Source: an uncultured Acidimicrobiales bacterium (GTDB lineage Bacteria > Actinomycetota > Acidimicrobiia > Acidimicrobiales > SHLQ01). Taken from it: a DNA stretch of 43,830 nt. The notes under the pieces are model-generated. The model ran no database searches. It was not told the origin of the DNA and worked only from the letters and a program-made list of their open reading frames with translations. The stretch spans positions 8,277-52,106 of the forward strand of contig CAZFBD010000001.1 of NCBI GenBank assembly GCA_964517125.1, in the 5' to 3' direction. This document shows positions 1 through 8,775 of the stretch, piece after piece (position 1 is the first letter of the stretch; each line of letters starts with the position of its first letter). A program made the translations under genes and the position numbers.

Positions 1-880
1 CAAGGGCCATCGAGAGTTGTCGGCCCGAATCGATGAACTCGAGTTCGCTGTAGGTCTCGTCCAGGACCACGGGCACTGTTGACGTCGTCAGCACGTCCGC
101 GAGTTCGCTGCATCGTTCTGGGGACGAGACGGTCCCAGTTGGCGAATGGACGGAAGCGACGAGGATGACCAGACCTGGGTCATGCCGGCCGATCAGCTCC
201 GACAGCGAATCTGGCAGCGGACCGTCTGCATCTCTCTCGATGCCGATCGGGTGGCATCCGTTCGCGTGGACCATGTCGACCAGGCCGCCGTAGGTGGTGT
301 CTTCCAACAGCACCGTGGCACCCGGCGATGTGAGGCCGGCGATCACCAGTGCAAGTGCCTGATGTGCTCCCGACGTCACGATCACATTTTCAGCGAGCGT
401 GGGAACCCACCGGCTGGCGCGTTCGGCGATTGTCGTCCGGAGATCGAGAAGTCCCACCGGCGTGAGTCCGTTGGCAGGCTCCACGCTCAACAGGTCCGCA
501 GTCTCCACACGGATCGGAGGAAGAAGACTCGCGTCGGGAGCGGTGGCCGAAGCCAGATCGATCGACCCCGTCGACTGGACCAGCTCCACGAACGGGAGCG
601 GTGGACTCGTTGCGACGGTGCCACCCGTGACCCACGAACCACTCCCCTGTCGTGACGAGATCAGGCCGGCCGTCCGCAGCTCGTCAATGACACCCGAGAT
701 CGTGGGTCGGCTGACGTGGAGCGCCGCCGCCAAGGTGCGTTCGGGCGGCAGTCGAATGCCCTGCGGCAGCTGGCCGGTACCGATGGCCTGCCGGATTGCC
801 AGGCTCAGGTGCGCTCGAAGCGGGCCATCGGTGGGAGGCAGCCATGGGGTGATTGCGTCGACAACGTCCTGATCGTTCAT
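1..880 (-). CDS. MocR/GabR-family (GntR HTH + PLP aminotransferase-like) transcriptional regulator, 3' end outside the window
   Basis: Not in the ORF track because it runs off the edge. Manual translation from ATG 880: MNDQDVVDAITPWLPPTDGPLRAHLSLAIRQAIGTGQLPQGIRLPPERTLAAALHVSRPTISGVIDELRTAGLISSRQGSG (GntR wHTH), later VIVTSGAHQAL and VVLDETYSEL (fold-type I PLP motifs). Divergent from a LysE gene. Confidence 0.88.
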   Translation of the reverse strand, partial: MNDQDVVDAITPWLPPTDGPLRAHLSLAIRQAIGTGQLPQGIRLPPERTLAAALHVSRPTISGVIDELRTAGLISSRQGSGSWVTGGTVATSPPLPFVELVQSTGSIDLASATAPDASLLPPIRVETADLLSVEPANGLTPVGLLDLRTTIAERASRWVPTLAENVIVTSGAHQALALVIAGLTSPGATVLLEDTTYGGLVDMVHANGCHPIGIERDADGPLPDSLSELIGRHDPGLVILVASVHSPTGTVSSPERCSELADVLTTSTVPVVLDETYSELEFIDSGRQLSMAL

Positions 881-898
881 GGGCCCTCCAACGACATA

Positions 899-930
899 TG
901 GCCAATTGGCCAAGTGCGATGCTGGCCAAT
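899..930. promoter_or_regulatory. Candidate MocR operator: three TGGCCAA boxes
   Basis: TGGCCAAT 899-906, TTGGCCAA 906-913 and TGGCCAAT 923-930 in the 68-bp gap between the divergent MocR and LysE genes, next to a TAGGGT -10 at 936-941. Confidence 0.55.
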
Positions 931-948
931 CTATCTAGGGTTCACCAC

Positions 949-1536
949 ATGGACTTTCCGGCGCTCGTCATCTTGGCTTTCGTCGCCTCGATCACTCCCG
1001 GCCCAAACAACCTCATGCTCCTGGCCTCGGGTATGAACCATGGCGTCCGTCGATCGGTGCCCCACGTCGCTGGGGTGAGCCTGGGGTTTGGGTTCCTCAT
1101 GTTCGTTGTTGCGCTCGGGTTGGGCGCCGTCTTCGAGCGCTATCAAGCGGTCGAGTGGACGCTCAAGGGCCTGGGGGCTGCGTATCTGGCGTATCTCGCA
1201 TGGAAGATCTTTCGGACGACCGGTGTGGAGTCTGCCGACGGCGCCGATGCTCCCCTGACCTTTCTACAGGCGGCGGCCTTCCAGTGGGTCAACCCGAAAG
1301 CGTGGGTCATGGGGACAACGGCCACGTCGACGCTCCTTGACCCTGATGCCTCCCTGGTCGGAGGGGCGTTCACGCTGACCGCTGCGTTCTGGGTGGTGAA
1401 CCTGCCCTGCATCCTGACGTGGATGTTCTCGGGCGCGTATGCGGCCCGCTGGGTGGACGACGCCCGCCGGGTGCGCCGAATCAACCAGACCCTCGGTGTG
1501 CTGCTTGCCGGAACCGTGGTGTTGTTGTTGCTCTGA
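949..1536 (+). CDS. LysE/RhtB family amino-acid exporter
   Basis: MDFPALVILAFVASITPGPNN (PGP motif), GAAYLAYLAW, FQWVNPKAW; hydrophobic throughout. Start moved to ATG 949, 7 nt after TAGGGT. Confidence 0.9.
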   Translation: MDFPALVILAFVASITPGPNNLMLLASGMNHGVRRSVPHVAGVSLGFGFLMFVVALGLGAVFERYQAVEWTLKGLGAAYLAYLAWKIFRTTGVESADGADAPLTFLQAAAFQWVNPKAWVMGTTATSTLLDPDASLVGGAFTLTAAFWVVNLPCILTWMFSGAYAARWVDDARRVRRINQTLGVLLAGTVVLLLL

Positions 1537-1537
1537 G

Positions 1538-2011
1538 TCAGCTGAGCGGGGCGAGGACCGGCTTCCGACGGTGCTCGAACACGATCATCGTCTGCTCGTC
1601 GGTCACGCCGTCGAAGCTGGCGATGTTGTCCAGAACCAGGGTCCGCAGTGCGTCGATGCTTCCAACGCTCAGGTTGACCAGCATGTCGTACGGGCCGGTC
1701 AGCATCGTGACCGCAACCACCTCGTCGAGTCCCCACAGCGAGTCGATGAATGCGCTCACCAACGCCTCGGTCTTCGGAGAAATCCGTACCGACACGAGGG
1801 CGCTGATCGAACGGCCGAGCGCTTCCGGAGCGACGTCAGCGTGATACCCGCGGATGACCTGCGCATCTTCGAGCTCACGGAAACGGGTCAGCGACGTCGA
1901 TGGTGCGACGCCGGCTGCTGCTGCGAGGGCCTTGTTCGATCGCCGCGCATCTGACTGAAGTTCGTGCAGAAGTGCACGATCGGTTTCGTCAATATTCGGC
2001 AACGGATCCAT
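1538..2011 (-). CDS. Lrp/AsnC family transcriptional regulator
   Basis: IDETDRALLHELQSDARRSNKALAAAAGVAPSTSLTRFRELEDAQVIRGY HTH; C-terminal RAM domain with TGPYD. Divergent from IOR. Confidence 0.93.
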   Translation of the reverse strand: MDPLPNIDETDRALLHELQSDARRSNKALAAAAGVAPSTSLTRFRELEDAQVIRGYHADVAPEALGRSISALVSVRISPKTEALVSAFIDSLWGLDEVVAVTMLTGPYDMLVNLSVGSIDALRTLVLDNIASFDGVTDEQTMIVFEHRRKPVLAPLS

Positions 2012-2080
2012 TTGTTGAGCATATCTTCGAGATCGTGGTGATCTGTGGGTTCAGTGGGCAATCATGGTGGCGATCGCCAA

Positions 2081-5000
2081 ATGATGAAGGCAGGTTCCAT
2101 GGGCGCTGCAACAACTCCCTACCGACTTGAAGATCGCTACGAGCGGACCGAGGGCCGTGTCCTCCTGAGCGGGATCCAAGCGCTGGCTCGCATTGCCGTG
2201 GAGCAGCTCAGGACCGATTCCGACAACGGTCTCAACACGGCTGCGCTCATCTCGGGGTATCCGGGATCGCCGCTCGGTGGCTTCGACCTGGAGGTCTCCC
2301 GCCTGAAGCGCCAGCTTCCGGACATTCCCATCGTTCACCAGCCTGCGGTGAACGAAGAGCTTGGGGCAAGCGCCGTCATGGGGTCCCAGTTGGTGTCCGG
2401 CCGGCCAGACGCACAACGGGATGGCGTGCTCGGAATCTGGTACGGAAAGGCGCCGGGCCTGGACCGTGCCACCGATGCCATCCGGCATGGGGTGTTCGCC
2501 GGAACCTCCAGGTTCGGCGGCGCCGTCGCCATCGTCGGCGACGACCCCATGGCGAAGTCGTCGACCATGCCATCGTCCTCGGATGCAGCACTCGTCGACC
2601 TGCACATGCCAATCCTCTATCCGGGCACGGTGCAGGAGTGTCTGGAACTCGGCCTGCACGCAGTGGCAATCAGCCGGGCATCTGGGCTGTGGTCCGCGAT
2701 GAAGGTTGTCACCCCCGTTGCCGACGGAAGCGGCACCGTCGACCTACCAGTGCTCGCTACCGCACCGGTGATCCCGGAGATCGAGGTCGACGGCGTCCGG
2801 TGGGAGAACACCCCGAGCGCTGTCTTCCTGGGGCCGCGCATGGTGGAGGTTGAACGTGAGTTTCACGAGGTGCGTTCGGTGCTTGCGCAGCGCTACAGCA
2901 TCGAAAATGCAATCAACCGGGTCACGGTCGATCCCGAAGATGCGTGGATCGGTCTGGTGGCCACCGGGTACACGTACACCCAGCTTCTGGAAGCCCTTCG
3001 CCGCCTGGGCTTCGACAACGAGGCAGAACTTGCCTCAGCAGGAATACGACTGCTGCAGCTGCGTATGCCGGTGCCGTTCGACAGCGCCCTCGTCCGACGA
3101 TTCGCCCGGGGCCTCCAGGAGATCGTTGTTGTCGAGGAGAAGAACCCGACACTCGAATGGCTGATCAAGGATGCGTTGTATGCGCTCAGCGAACGGCCGA
3201 GCGTCGTGGGCAAGACCCACGAGGACGGACGTCCGCTCATGCGTCCATGGGGCCGTCTCGACGCTGACGCCATCGTTGGCGGCCTGCGCGACCGGCTCGC
3301 AACCAAGCTCGACGACCGCATGGTCCCATCCCAGGTGGCGTCACCAAAGAAGCGAACACGGATACCGCTGTCCGTCGCCCGCACACCATTCTTCTGCTCG
3401 GGATGCCCTCACAACTGGGGCACGAAGGTTCCGGAGGGCTCGCTGGTTGGTGCCGGGACCGGCTGTCATGGCATGTCGCTGCTCATGGACCCCGAGCGGG
3501 TCGGCGAGACCATCGGCATCACGGCGATGGGCAACGAAGGTGCGCACTGGATCGGAATGGCGCCATTCGTCGACACCGGACACATCGTGCAGAACTTCGG
3601 GGACGGCACCTTCTTCCATTCGGGGCAGCTCGCAGTGCAGGCAGCGGTTGGTTCAGGTACAACCATGACGTTCAAGATTCTCTACAACGACACCGTGGCC
3701 ATGACCGGCGGACAGGAAGCCACGCATCGCATCGGTGTCCCCGAGCTGACGCACACGCTCGCTGCCCACGGCGTGCAACGGGTGCTCATCACCACCGACG
3801 ATCCGGCAACGTACGACACAGCAGGACTGGCCGACGGTGTGCAGGTCTGGGACCGGAACCGAGTCGTCGAGGCGCAGGAACTGCTGGCCACCATCGATGG
3901 GGTTACCGTCCTGATCCACCATCAGGGGTGCGCCGCCGAGATCCGGCGTGATCGCCGTCGAGGCCGTCTGGACAAGCCGACCACTCGAATCGTGATCAAC
4001 CACCGAATCTGCGAGGGATGCGGCGATTGCGGCGACGTGAGCAACTGCCTCTCGGTCCAACCGCTCGACACTCCCCTCGGCCGCAAGACCACGATCGACC
4101 AGGCCAGTTGCAACCTCGACCGGTCGTGCGTCGAGGGCGATTGCCCGTCGTTCATGACGGTGGAGATCGACCCGAATGCTCCAAGCGGAGCACTCGTCGA
4201 ACCTCCCATTCCGGCGCCCGCCCCGGGCATCGATGACGCCGTCTCCCGCATGTCCATCCGTATGGCGGGCATCGGTGGGACCGGTGTTGTGACCGTCGCA
4301 CAAGTGCTCGCAACAGCAGCGATGCTCGACGGCTGGGACATCCACGGGCTGGACCAGACGGGCCTGTCGCAGAAGGCCGGCCCTGTGGTGTCCGATGTTG
4401 TCCTCACCCGTGGCGGCGGAGCTGCGTCGAACCTGATTGGCGAAGGCGAAGCCACAACGATCCTTGCCTTCGACCAGTTGGTGGGTTCGAGCGACTCCGT
4501 GCTCAACGCCGAGGGCCCATCGACCCGAGTCATCGGCTCCACCACGGTCACCCCAACCGGAGCGATCGCCGGGGACCCCCGGATCTCATACCCCAGCCAG
4601 CATGAGCTCAGAGCCAGATTCGGCCGCGAGGATGCACGGCTGGATTTGTGGATGGATGCAGCCGAGCTGACCGCGAACCTGGTCGGGGACTCCGCCACGT
4701 CCAACGTGTTCGTTCTCGGGGTGGGTGTGCAGGCCGGCGCGGTTCCGGTTGCCATCAGCCACATCGAAGAGGCGATTCGACTCAACGGCGTAGTGGTGGA
4801 AGCAAACCTTGCGGCCTTCGCGTGGGGGCGAGCGTGGGTGGACGACGCCGCAGCCGTCGAGCAGGCGGCCCGCGAGAACGGTTTCGGTCAAACGCCGTCG
4901 GTCGTCGTCTCCTCCCTGCCGGACACGCTGTCACGACGCGTGGCTCGAATCGAGGATCCCTCGTTGGAGCAGCTGGTACGGCTTCGCTCCGCCGACCTCA

Positions 5001-5584
5001 TCGGCTACCAGGATCTTGCGCTCGCCGAGCGATATCTCGCCACCATTGAAGCCGTGCTCGCAGCGGAGGTTGGAGCGGATCCGAACTCCACCGAGTTGAC
5101 CGCTGCGGTCGCGCACGGACTCCACAAGTTCATGGCGTACAAGGACGAGTACGAGGTGGCTCGACTCCTGCTCGGGTCCGAAGGAAGCGAGACCGTCCGC
5201 TCGGTGGGAGGCACCGACAAGACAGCCACCTGGCACCTGCACCCCCCAGCGCTTCGGGCTCGAGGCATGGGTCGGAAGCTCCGATTCGGTCATCGGTCGC
5301 GTCCAGCAATGCGTGCGTTGGCAGCAGGAAAGCGGGTCCGCGGAACGGCCTTCGATCCCTTCGGTCGCGCCGAGGTCCGTCGACTCGAACGGGCGCTTCT
5401 GGCCGAGTACGAAGCGACGATCGACATGCTGCTCGCTGGGCTGACACCCGAAACCCTCGAACATGCGGCCAGGATCGCGCACCTCGCTGACCAGGTTCGC
5501 GGCTTCGAGGATCTCAAGATCCGACGAGCCGCCGAGTACCGTCAGGCGGTGGCATTGCAGCTGGAGGCCTACGCGGCTGGATGA
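2081..5584 (+). CDS. Fused indolepyruvate (2-oxoacid):ferredoxin oxidoreductase family protein
   Basis: SGYPGSPLGG, WYGKAPGLDR, FCSGCPHN, GDGTFFHSG (TPP), CEGCGDC/CVEGDCPSF (Fe-S), GIGGTGVVT, MAYKDEYEVARL. Start may be 2081, 2084 or 2099. Confidence 0.93.
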   Translation: MMKAGSMGAATTPYRLEDRYERTEGRVLLSGIQALARIAVEQLRTDSDNGLNTAALISGYPGSPLGGFDLEVSRLKRQLPDIPIVHQPAVNEELGASAVMGSQLVSGRPDAQRDGVLGIWYGKAPGLDRATDAIRHGVFAGTSRFGGAVAIVGDDPMAKSSTMPSSSDAALVDLHMPILYPGTVQECLELGLHAVAISRASGLWSAMKVVTPVADGSGTVDLPVLATAPVIPEIEVDGVRWENTPSAVFLGPRMVEVEREFHEVRSVLAQRYSIENAINRVTVDPEDAWIGLVATGYTYTQLLEALRRLGFDNEAELASAGIRLLQLRMPVPFDSALVRRFARGLQEIVVVEEKNPTLEWLIKDALYALSERPSVVGKTHEDGRPLMRPWGRLDADAIVGGLRDRLATKLDDRMVPSQVASPKKRTRIPLSVARTPFFCSGCPHNWGTKVPEGSLVGAGTGCHGMSLLMDPERVGETIGITAMGNEGAHWIGMAPFVDTGHIVQNFGDGTFFHSGQLAVQAAVGSGTTMTFKILYNDTVAMTGGQEATHRIGVPELTHTLAAHGVQRVLITTDDPATYDTAGLADGVQVWDRNRVVEAQELLATIDGVTVLIHHQGCAAEIRRDRRRGRLDKPTTRIVINHRICEGCGDCGDVSNCLSVQPLDTPLGRKTTIDQASCNLDRSCVEGDCPSFMTVEIDPNAPSGALVEPPIPAPAPGIDDAVSRMSIRMAGIGGTGVVTVAQVLATAAMLDGWDIHGLDQTGLSQKAGPVVSDVVLTRGGGAASNLIGEGEATTILAFDQLVGSSDSVLNAEGPSTRVIGSTTVTPTGAIAGDPRISYPSQHELRARFGREDARLDLWMDAAELTANLVGDSATSNVFVLGVGVQAGAVPVAISHIEEAIRLNGVVVEANLAAFAWGRAWVDDAAAVEQAARENGFGQTPSVVVSSLPDTLSRRVARIEDPSLEQLVRLRSADLIGYQDLALAERYLATIEAVLAAEVGADPNSTELTAAVAHGLHKFMAYKDEYEVARLLLGSEGSETVRSVGGTDKTATWHLHPPALRARGMGRKLRFGHRSRPAMRALAAGKRVRGTAFDPFGRAEVRRLERALLAEYEATIDMLLAGLTPETLEHAARIAHLADQVRGFEDLKIRRAAEYRQAVALQLEAYAAG

Positions 5585-5624
5585 TGTCGGAATGGTGCCA
5601 GCGTGAATCGGGGTTGGTACGGAC

Positions 5625-6218
5625 ATGGAACGAAAGCCGCTTGCTCTTCGTCGAGCCGCCTCTCGGCTACAGCGCCCCCTTGTCGGTGAACTGGCGCCCG
5701 ACATTGTTCTCCAGGACATCGACGACAAGCTCTGGAGGCTGAGCGATCAGCGCGAGCAGCACGTGGTCCTGATCTTTCACCGTCACACGCATTGACTGCC
5801 GTGCGCAGCCCACGCCGTCGCCGTGAGCGACCGGCTCGCAGAGCTTGGCCCAAATGCCCAAGTGGTTCTGGTCGTTTTTGGCAATCCGGAACGGGTACGG
5901 GAGTACATCGCCAGGCAACCGCTGGACTACCCGATTCTCGTCGATGCCGACCGGGTCGCCTATCGCCGGTTCGGGTTGGGTCGGGGTTCTGTCTGGCGCG
6001 TCTGGGGCCTGCAGGCCGGCCGTCGGTACCTGGAGCTCTTCCGCGAGAATGGACTCTCCGGACTCCGAGCCCCAACAGAGGATTCCCTGCAACTTGGCGG
6101 GGACTTCGTTATCGACCCAAGTGGTGTGCTCGCGTACGGATTCTGGGGCGACGGCCCCGACGACCGGCCGCCCGTCGAAGAGCTGGTCGAAGCCGTCCAT
6201 GGCGGTCCGTGCCGCTGA
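5625..6218 (+). CDS. Probable selenoprotein: AhpC/TSA peroxiredoxin-like redoxin with UxxC (Sec at TGA 5793-5795)
   Basis: One frame from ATG 5625 reads ...VGELAPDIVLQDIDDKLWRLSDQREQHVVLIFHRHTH-TGA-LPCAAHAVAVSDRL... into ORF 5823..6218 (YPILVDADRVAYRRFGL, QLGGDFVIDPSG, DDRPP). The TGA is at the first Cys position of the CxxC motif. Confidence 0.82.
5814..5835 (+). promoter_or_regulatory. Candidate bacterial SECIS hairpin
   Basis: GCC-GTCGC-[CGTGA]-GCGAC-C-GGC; the loop starts 26 nt after the TGA and has G at loop position 2. Confidence 0.6.
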
Positions 6219-6235
6219 TATGGCTTGCGAAGAAG

Positions 6236-7048
6236 TCAGTTCGCAGAATCGACGACCGCAGCGCGTGCGACTTCCGTACCGAGCCAAAGCAGGACGACTT
6301 CGGCGGAGCCGTCGATCGCGACCGGCGCTCGTACGACTGCGACAGCCGAGCCCCCATCAGCAGGTAGGTCGTTCTGTTCGAACCGTATGTCCGCTGGGAT
6401 CGTCTTGCCGTCCTGTTCCACCTGTGCGGCAAAGGCGGAGGTCGAGACCGTTGAGCCCGAATCCTGCGAAACGCGGACGGCAAATGCAGCCACTCCTGTG
6501 TCCTGGAGGGCCGAGGAGTAGACGGTGAGGGTCATATCGTTTGGAGCTGGCCCGGCCTCGGGTGCTTCATCGGCAGGCGGCGAGTTCGTCACATCGGTTG
6601 GTGGAGCTATTCGGTCCGACGTCGCTGGATCCGAGGCCTCGCCGAGGTCATCCGCTTCGGACCCCACGCCTGCTGCGGCAACTTCGGAGTTCGCGCTGAT
6701 TTCGCCCGCTTCGGGATCCAGGCTGACTCCTGCAACTTCGGCTTCGACGGCCGCTGCGCTGCTCCACGGTCCAGGCTCGCGTTGTGTAATCCCCGGGCTG
6801 TTGAACAGGGTGGATGACAGGCCGATGAGTCCGCCAACCACCACGACGGCCACGATCGCAAGTGATGCGGAGCGACCAAGCTGAGGCGCTGAAGCGTCGC
6901 TCTCGATCTGTTCTTCCAAATCCACGGGCGGCGGTTCGTTGGCGTTTGTCCAACGGGTGTTCGGATTGTGCCTGGCGAGCACGTCTCGGAGGAGCTCAGC
7001 GCCTTCTGGAGTCAGTTGTGGCGCCTCAGCGGGCTCGGCTGCCGACAC
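6236..7048 (-). CDS. Hypothetical single-pass membrane protein with acidic linker and small C-terminal beta-rich domain
   Basis: GAGGA RBS before GTG 7048; one TM segment (LAIVAVVVVGGLIGL). The ORF-track extension to 7228 runs through palindromic repeats and is unlikely to be coding. Confidence 0.65.
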   Translation of the reverse strand: MSAAEPAEAPQLTPEGAELLRDVLARHNPNTRWTNANEPPPVDLEEQIESDASAPQLGRSASLAIVAVVVVGGLIGLSSTLFNSPGITQREPGPWSSAAAVEAEVAGVSLDPEAGEISANSEVAAAGVGSEADDLGEASDPATSDRIAPPTDVTNSPPADEAPEAGPAPNDMTLTVYSSALQDTGVAAFAVRVSQDSGSTVSTSAFAAQVEQDGKTIPADIRFEQNDLPADGGSAVAVVRAPVAIDGSAEVVLLWLGTEVARAAVVDSAN

Positions 7049-7162
7049 GGCGTCCTCTCGTTGCGATTGGGCTGGCGACACGCCGTCCGATCGCACGACG
7101 CGAACCCGAGGGTGCCGCTCCCATCCCAATTCCGCAATGTGTAGATCCACCCACAGCCCGCC

Positions 7163-7201
7163 AGGGGTCTGACCCCTAAACGGATCTGGGGGTCTGACCC
7201 C
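7163..7201. repeat. Two GGGGTCTGACCCC palindromes, 25-bp period (REP-like)
   Basis: Cores at 7164-7176 and 7189-7201. Confidence 0.85.
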
Positions 7202-7325
7202 GAAACGCGGTTGGGTGCCCGACACCATCGGTACCGGACCTCACCTGTCACCTTCTCGTGGAACAGACCGACGACCTCGACCACGGACCTGGGTTCTCTC
7301 GCTTGCCCAATCCACGTTTGCCCGG

Positions 7326-8135
7326 TCAGTCGTTGGTGATCCGTTCCAGGATGGCATCCAATTGCAGATCGATGGCGTCGAAAAGGCCGTTCGCTCTGGT
7401 CGCTGACAACACTTGTTCGTTCAGTCCACCCGGAGTGAGGCAGGCATCGGCGAGCCCCAACAGCTCGGTCGGATCGCTCAACGCCTCGGCTGCGAGACCG
7501 TGAAACAAGGCCGATGTATAGCGGGAGGCGTGATCGGAATCGACGCCGTTTCGCTGCATCCACCGGGAGTTCGTTGCGAGAAACTCGAAGAAGAGACCCA
7601 TCAGAGCGCTACTCCCAACGAAGGTCGCGAACGTGGCCTCGTCGTCGACAGGAACGACCGTTCCGATACCGGCAAGGAGCGACTCCAGATCGGACGACGG
7701 AGGAAACAGCGGTATTGGGCCCAGCCCGAAACGATTGGGCGGCATGGGGATGATGCGATGAATTGGTACATCCTCGGCACCGACGGCTGCCTGCAACGTC
7801 GCACAGTCGAGCCCGGCCACAAGACTGACGAGAACCGTGGATGAATCGATCGTGAGTTTGGAGAGCGCCGCCTCGGCTTGTCCCACGAGGGTCGCGAGGA
7901 AGACGACGTCGCTCTCGTCAACAATCTGTTGGTTGTCGGAGTGGACGGTGACAGTTGCATGCCGTTCATTCAGCGCAGCTGACCGCTGGCTGGAGCGTTG
8001 AGAGGTCAGGATCCGCCCACGATGTCCCGCAGAATCGATGAGTCCATCGATCAGCACCTCGGCGATCGCCCCCGTGCCGATGAAGCCGAGCGTGAGACCG
8101 TCGGACATCGAGGAGGCGTTCGGGGACAGGGCCAT
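7326..8135 (-). CDS. proC: Pyrroline-5-carboxylate reductase-like protein
   Basis: LGFIGTGAIA Rossmann motif, DNQQIVDESDVVFLA, LVSLVAG, RIIPMP, TPGGLNEQ. Start 8135 or 8108. Orthology to true ProC is not certain. Confidence 0.8.
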   Translation of the reverse strand: MALSPNASSMSDGLTLGFIGTGAIAEVLIDGLIDSAGHRGRILTSQRSSQRSAALNERHATVTVHSDNQQIVDESDVVFLATLVGQAEAALSKLTIDSSTVLVSLVAGLDCATLQAAVGAEDVPIHRIIPMPPNRFGLGPIPLFPPSSDLESLLAGIGTVVPVDDEATFATFVGSSALMGLFFEFLATNSRWMQRNGVDSDHASRYTSALFHGLAAEALSDPTELLGLADACLTPGGLNEQVLSATRANGLFDAIDLQLDAILERITND

Positions 8136-8215
8136 CACGAGATCTTCGCAACAAGGGCCTTCGGCAGATGCATCAGCTGAAATTACTGCAATCACCATCG
8201 GACGCCAGAGCCACA

Positions 8216-8281
8216 GGGGTCAGACCCCCAAACGTAGATAGGGGTCAGACCCCTGAACCGGGTTAGGGGTCTGACCCCTAA
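8216..8281. repeat. Three GGGGTC(A/T)GACCCC palindromes, 25-bp period (REP-like)
   Basis: Cores at 8216-8228, 8241-8253 and 8266-8278. Confidence 0.85.
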
Positions 8282-8360
8282 CGGCGTTTAGGTGCCAGGT
8301 TACATTTTGGATGATTTGTCTGGTCGCTTGGCCCTGGTGGGCCTCCTGCGGTCGAAGGAT

Positions 8361-8744
8361 TCAGAGGATGGGGTACGAGCCGTCCTCGTCGTGGGTTTCT
8401 GATCCCACGAGTGCCGGGGTGAACACGCACACGATTCGCATGTCGGTATGGGCGTGCAACTCGTGGCGATCGTGCTTGTCGAGGGTGTACATGACGCCTG
8501 GGGACAGCTCGTGGCTCTCCCCAGTGGCGATGTCCTCGACCACACCTTCGCCCTCGATGATCAGGTTGGCCTCGATGTGGTTCTTGTACTCCATGAGCTG
8601 CTTCTGGCCGGCAGCGACCGTGGTCTGGGTCATGGTGAACCCGACGCCGTCGTCACGCATCAGGTAGCGGGAACTTGTCCAAACACCGGGCTTCTCGGCG
8701 TACCGTCCCTGGGCCTTCAGGTCGGACAACGAACGAACGATCAT
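8361..8744 (-). CDS. ectC: L-ectoine synthase (cupin), solitary
   Basis: C-terminal part of ORF 8361..9509 from ATG 8744 with GGAGG RBS: MIVRSL...WTSSRYLMRDDGVGFT...YKNHIEAN..IEGEG...GVMYTLDKHDRH...CVFTPALVGSETHDEDGSY. Metal-ligand Glu, Tyr and His are present. Confidence 0.92.
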   Translation of the reverse strand: MIVRSLSDLKAQGRYAEKPGVWTSSRYLMRDDGVGFTMTQTTVAAGQKQLMEYKNHIEANLIIEGEGVVEDIATGESHELSPGVMYTLDKHDRHELHAHTDMRIVCVFTPALVGSETHDEDGSYPIL

Positions 8745-8775
8745 GCGAAAACCTCCGTGGCGACGTTCGCAGACC

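Noticed and set aside
7163-8281. Palindromic repeats as a CRISPR array
   Set aside because: 13-bp repeats with 12-nt spacers are too short, there are only 2-3 units per cluster, and no cas genes are in the window.
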